A DNA stretch of 64,000 nt, taken from the NCBI GenBank assembly GCA_963763085.1, contig CAVXNB010000003.1, positions 641,031 to 705,030 on the forward strand. Direction: 5' to 3'. This document shows positions 60,617-64,000 of the stretch, one piece after another; position 1 is the stretch's first letter, and every line of letters begins with the position of its first letter. Source of the DNA: an uncultured Acidimicrobiaceae bacterium (GTDB lineage Bacteria > Actinomycetota > Acidimicrobiia > Acidimicrobiales > Bog-793). The translations under genes were made by a program, and so were the position numbers. The notes beneath the pieces were generated by a model. It saw only the letters and a program-made list of their open reading frames with translations. It was not told where the DNA came from and did no database searches.

Positions 60617-61039
60617 TCAGGATGGGATTGGCGCGAGGACGAAGAGCATGTCCGCCTCGCACGCGACGTGTCCGCCGACTCGGGCGATCCCGTGCCCCGC
60701 CCCGCCGCGCGACGACAACCGGCTGATCGAGACCTCGAGATCCAGCGTGTCGCCCGGCACGACCTGACGGCGAAAGCGAGCCCGGTCGATGCCGCCGAAG
60801 AGCGGCAGGCGGCCCTCGTAGCGCCCGTCGGCGAGAACGACCGCGGCGGCGAGCTGGGCGAGCGACTCGACCATGAGGACGCCGGGCAACACCGGGTTGC
60901 CCGGGAAGTGGCCGGCGAAGAACTCCTCCTCCCCGGTCAGATGCCACCGGCCGGTCGCCGAGACCGCTGGGGCGAGCTCGACGATCTCGGAGACGAGAAG
61001 AAACGGTGGTCGGTGCGGAATCAGCTCCTCAACGCGCAC
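60617..61039 (-). CDS. fabZ: 3-hydroxyacyl-ACP dehydratase
   Basis: IPHRPPFLLV, FFAGHFPGNPVLPGVLMVESLAQ, V.PGD.L. Confidence 0.93.
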   Translation of the reverse strand: MRVEELIPHRPPFLLVSEIVELAPAVSATGRWHLTGEEEFFAGHFPGNPVLPGVLMVESLAQLAAAVVLADGRYEGRLPLFGGIDRARFRRQVVPGDTLDLEVSISRLSSRGGAGHGIARVGGHVACEADMLFVLAPIPS

Positions 61040-61084
61040 AGTGGGTTCACCGTAGCGCGGGCTGCGGAAGCGCTCAGGCCTTGT

Positions 61085-63434
61085 TCAGCCGATCGCCGGG
61101 CAGGGATTCGAGCCGTTCTGATTGAGAGGTGGGCTGCACAGGACGTAGGTGTCGTTCTGCCAGAGCGAGACCCCCTGCGGAAGAAGATTCGGCGGGAGCG
61201 CGTACGCCAGCCGCTGGTCGAAGCTGAACTCCTTGTTGTAGCCGTTGGATCCGGAGATGCCGAACGGGCCTCGGTATTCGCTCAAGTCCGACCCGTTGAA
61301 GTTGGCATTGCCGGACTGGGGCGTCGTGTTCCAGTTCTCGACGCCGAAGGAGCCGTTGAGGGCGAAGACAGCCGCGTCGATGACGACGTTCTGCGGGTTG
61401 CACAGCGTCGGCCAGACGGCCTTCGGGTCGTTCGGGTAGGACTTGCCGCCGATCGTGGTTCCGGTATTGGTGGGGGTCCCGGTGCCGTCGCCGTATCCGT
61501 TGGTGCTGCAATTCGGCGGGTTCCCGGTGTTCCCGGAGATGAGGACGTCGTACTGCGCCGACAGCCCGAGGATGTCGGGGGTCGTCGGATGTCGTGCACG
61601 CCGTGAGCGAGGACGGGTCCGTCGCCACGGCCCCGCCACCGTTGTCGGCGCAGGCGTACGTCAGGTCACGCGTGACCATGATGTTGGCTGCGGACGCCAC
61701 TGAGAGCTGGCCGTGCAGCTCGCCCTCGATGTAGACGTCACCCTCGAGACACTGGGCGCTGCTGGCGGGTTGACTGTTCTGATACGGGTTGAAGCAGGGA
61801 TTCGAGGCCGAGGTCATGCCGTCGGCAACCACCGGAGCCGGGGAACCCGTCGGAAGCACGTAGTTCTGCACGTAGATGTCACCGTCGGTCGGCAGCGGGA
61901 TGCCGGTGATGAACGGGTTGGCCGTCGAGAAGGTGCCTCCGCCCGAGCAGGTGGAGGTCGTGGTCGTCGTGTTGCTCGAAAGCGGGCTCCAGACGTCCAT
62001 CGTCGTCGTGCCACCCGAGGTCACGAGCTCGATCATGGTCGGACCGACATACGTGCAGCCCGTCCCGATCGTGCCCGTCGGTGGGTTGTTCGTCGCGTAC
62101 TGCTGCAACGCCGTGTTCAGGCTGGGCAGGCTCTGGGCACCGTTCAGTGCCAGTCCGTGGGCAAGGCTGGGATTGTCGTTCGTTCCGCCGCAGTTGACGG
62201 TGTCCACCGTGTAACCAGCCGGAACGTAGTCGCCGACGAGCGACGACGGATACGGCCCGTTGGCACCGGAGTTGGCAGCCGTGACGAGGACGGACCCCGG
62301 CACGTTGTAGAGGTAGGGCACGTCTGAGGGTGCGCCGGAGGTGAGCGACACCGGCGCGCCGTTGAAAGCGGGCGATCCACAGACGTGAAGCTGGTCATTC
62401 GAATAGACGGGCCCGTTGAAGGTCTCACCCGAGAGAAAGTCGTAGGGCGACTCGCACGGCAGCGAGCCGCCCGACGGTACGGTCAGCTTCGTCGTGGCGG
62501 TGGCTGAACCCGTTGCGACAGCCACGCCGCTCTTGTTGGTCTCGAAGGTCACGGAGTTTCCGAAGTACGGGCCGTAGTACGGATGCGATTTCGAATATGC
62601 GGTGAGGCCCGACACCCCGAGGGTCCCCAGAGCGTCGATGAAGTTGTTGGGGCTGTAGGTGTCGTACTGGCAAAGGTCTTGCCAGAGCGAAGGCGGCGAG
62701 CCGCCGGTTGGTGGAACGGTCACGGTAGCGCCCGCGCCGTTCACGTAGCTGTACGAGACGGGGTACTGGGTCTCGGGAGTAGTTGTCGAGCCGCCACCGC
62801 CCGAGAGGGGCGTGGCACTGACGTTCATGGACTGAATCGTGTCCGAGTTCGGATCCAGCACTTCGTAGTTGGAGTAGTAGGTGTCCTGGATCGGAGACGA
62901 CGTGCTGAAGCTCGCCTGGGCATAGACGTAGGAGTAGTCGCCGCGGGTGCCCGCCCGGCCGACCACGTTGAGCACGACGGTGCCTGCCGCGCTCCCCGAC
63001 TCGAGGAACAGGTTCGTGGCGTTGGGCACGTAGTGGAACGCCTCGGGCGGGTTGGTGCCTCCGAGATCGCACGTCGAGGCTTGGCCGGCTCCGCAATAAC
63101 CCGAGAGAGCGCCGTCGTTGACCGGGTTGTTGGCCGCTGTGTAGGTGTAATAGTTGGAATACGAGTCGAGGTTGTCGCGGTACCACTGGATCCCGGCTTC
63201 GGCTGCGGCGAGCGCGGCGCTCTTGTTCGTCGACTTGTTGAGCAGCGAAGTGTCGCCGATGACCTGGCCCGCCATGAGGGGAGCCAGGGTCGCGAGAAGG
63301 ACCAGGAGCACCAGGACGATCACGATCGTCTGGCCGGAGTCGTCCCGGTGCTCGAGCCGTCGCCTGAGCCGGTCGCACGCTGCACGAAGCGGCCGGGGCC
63401 GGACCGGAAGCTGCGTCACGGTCCGCGCCGTCAT
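61085..63434 (-). CDS. Large PilX-like type IV minor pilin (paralog 2); frameshift near 61590
   Basis: DSG|QTIVIVLVLL; collinear with 54532..56865; C-terminus in ORF 61085..61639. Confidence 0.8.
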
Positions 63435-64000
63435 GGCAGCGTCCCTGTCGAGGTCGCCGACGTCGAAGCCGAGTAGGTCGAGTTGCCTTGGTACGTCGCG
63501 AACACGGAGTAGCTCGCCCCGCGTGAAAGCGCGTTCTGGGACCAGGTTGCCGGTTGCCGGCTCAGAGTCGAAGGGCCGCCGTAGTTCGTGCAGCTGACCG
63601 AAGAATCCGGTCGTGCACACCTGGAGCGTGAACTCGACTTGACCCGTGGCTGCCGGCGGGCGACACCGTCGCGGTCACGGTGATCGTGTCTGTGCCGTGG
63701 CTGGTCGACGTCCCGACGATGCTAATGCGTGGTTGTCGTCGCCACCGGCACCACGATCGGGGATCACCGCCGACGTCGAGGGCTGGAAGTCACTCGTGCC
63801 GGAGAAGGAGGCGGTCACGTCGTAGGTGCCTCCCGCCCCGGGGGTGAACGTGCAGGTCGCGGTACCGGTGGTCGTGTTCACGTCGACGGGCGCCGTGCAG
63901 ACGGAAAGCGGGGATCCGCCGTAGGTGATCGACGAAGGTCACGTTGCCGCCGTCGGGAACCGGGCTCACGGTCGCTGTCAACGTGAGCGGTGAGTTGACC
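63431..64000 (-). CDS. C-terminal Ig-like part of second PilW-like pilin (partial, several frameshifts)
   Basis: Fragments LTATVSPVPDGGNVTF and VNTTTGTATCTFTPGAGGTYDVTASFSGTSDFQPSTSA are nearly identical to 56865..58133. Confidence 0.75.

Noticed and set aside
54532-63434. DGR template/variable repeat pair in the PilX paralogs
   Set aside because: Whole-gene paralogy with changes at all bases, not adenine-specific; no reverse transcriptase in the window
1-64000. Numerous long Arg/Pro/Gly-rich overlapping ORFs
   Set aside because: Shadow frames expected at high GC; they overlap well-supported genes and have no motifs

Overview
High-GC actinobacterial chromosome segment, most consistent with Acidimicrobiia (inferred from the mycothiol genes mca and mscR, F420 enzymes and the PspA/PspAA/PspAB block). 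It is gene-dense, with about 58 CDS and no rRNA, tRNA, CRISPR, integrase or transposase seen. At least nine genes carry single-base frameshifts, most likely long-read indel errors. Main blocks: (1) 1-15.4 kb, a catabolic island with a corrinoid protein, IclR, non-pyrrolysine MttB-family methyltransferase, enolase-superfamily enzyme, Fae homolog, Zn-ADH, two histidine-ammonia-lyase-fold proteins lacking the Ala-Ser-Gly MIO motif, a thiol dioxygenase-rhodanese fusion and a peptide-type ABC importer. This may be an undescribed route for N-trimethylated histidine derivatives (ergothioneine/hercynine-like). (2) 20.7-35.4 kb, a TetR (BetI-like) regulon visible as four copies of a 19-20 bp palindrome. 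It covers an acyl-CoA dehydrogenase, ADP-forming acyl-CoA ligase, FAD oxidoreductase, Pot-type ABC transporter and class III aminotransferase, with phosphoribulokinase and mycothiol-dependent formaldehyde detox genes divergent from two of the boxes. (3) hisN-hutU-hutF-hutI with no hutH. (4) Housekeeping and envelope-stress genes. (5) 54.5-64 kb, two paralogous cassettes of very large type IV minor pilins separated by fabZ-xth. Two diverged copies of a ~110 bp AT-rich palindromic element sit at convergent gene junctions. All family calls come from motif recognition by eye, not database searches.
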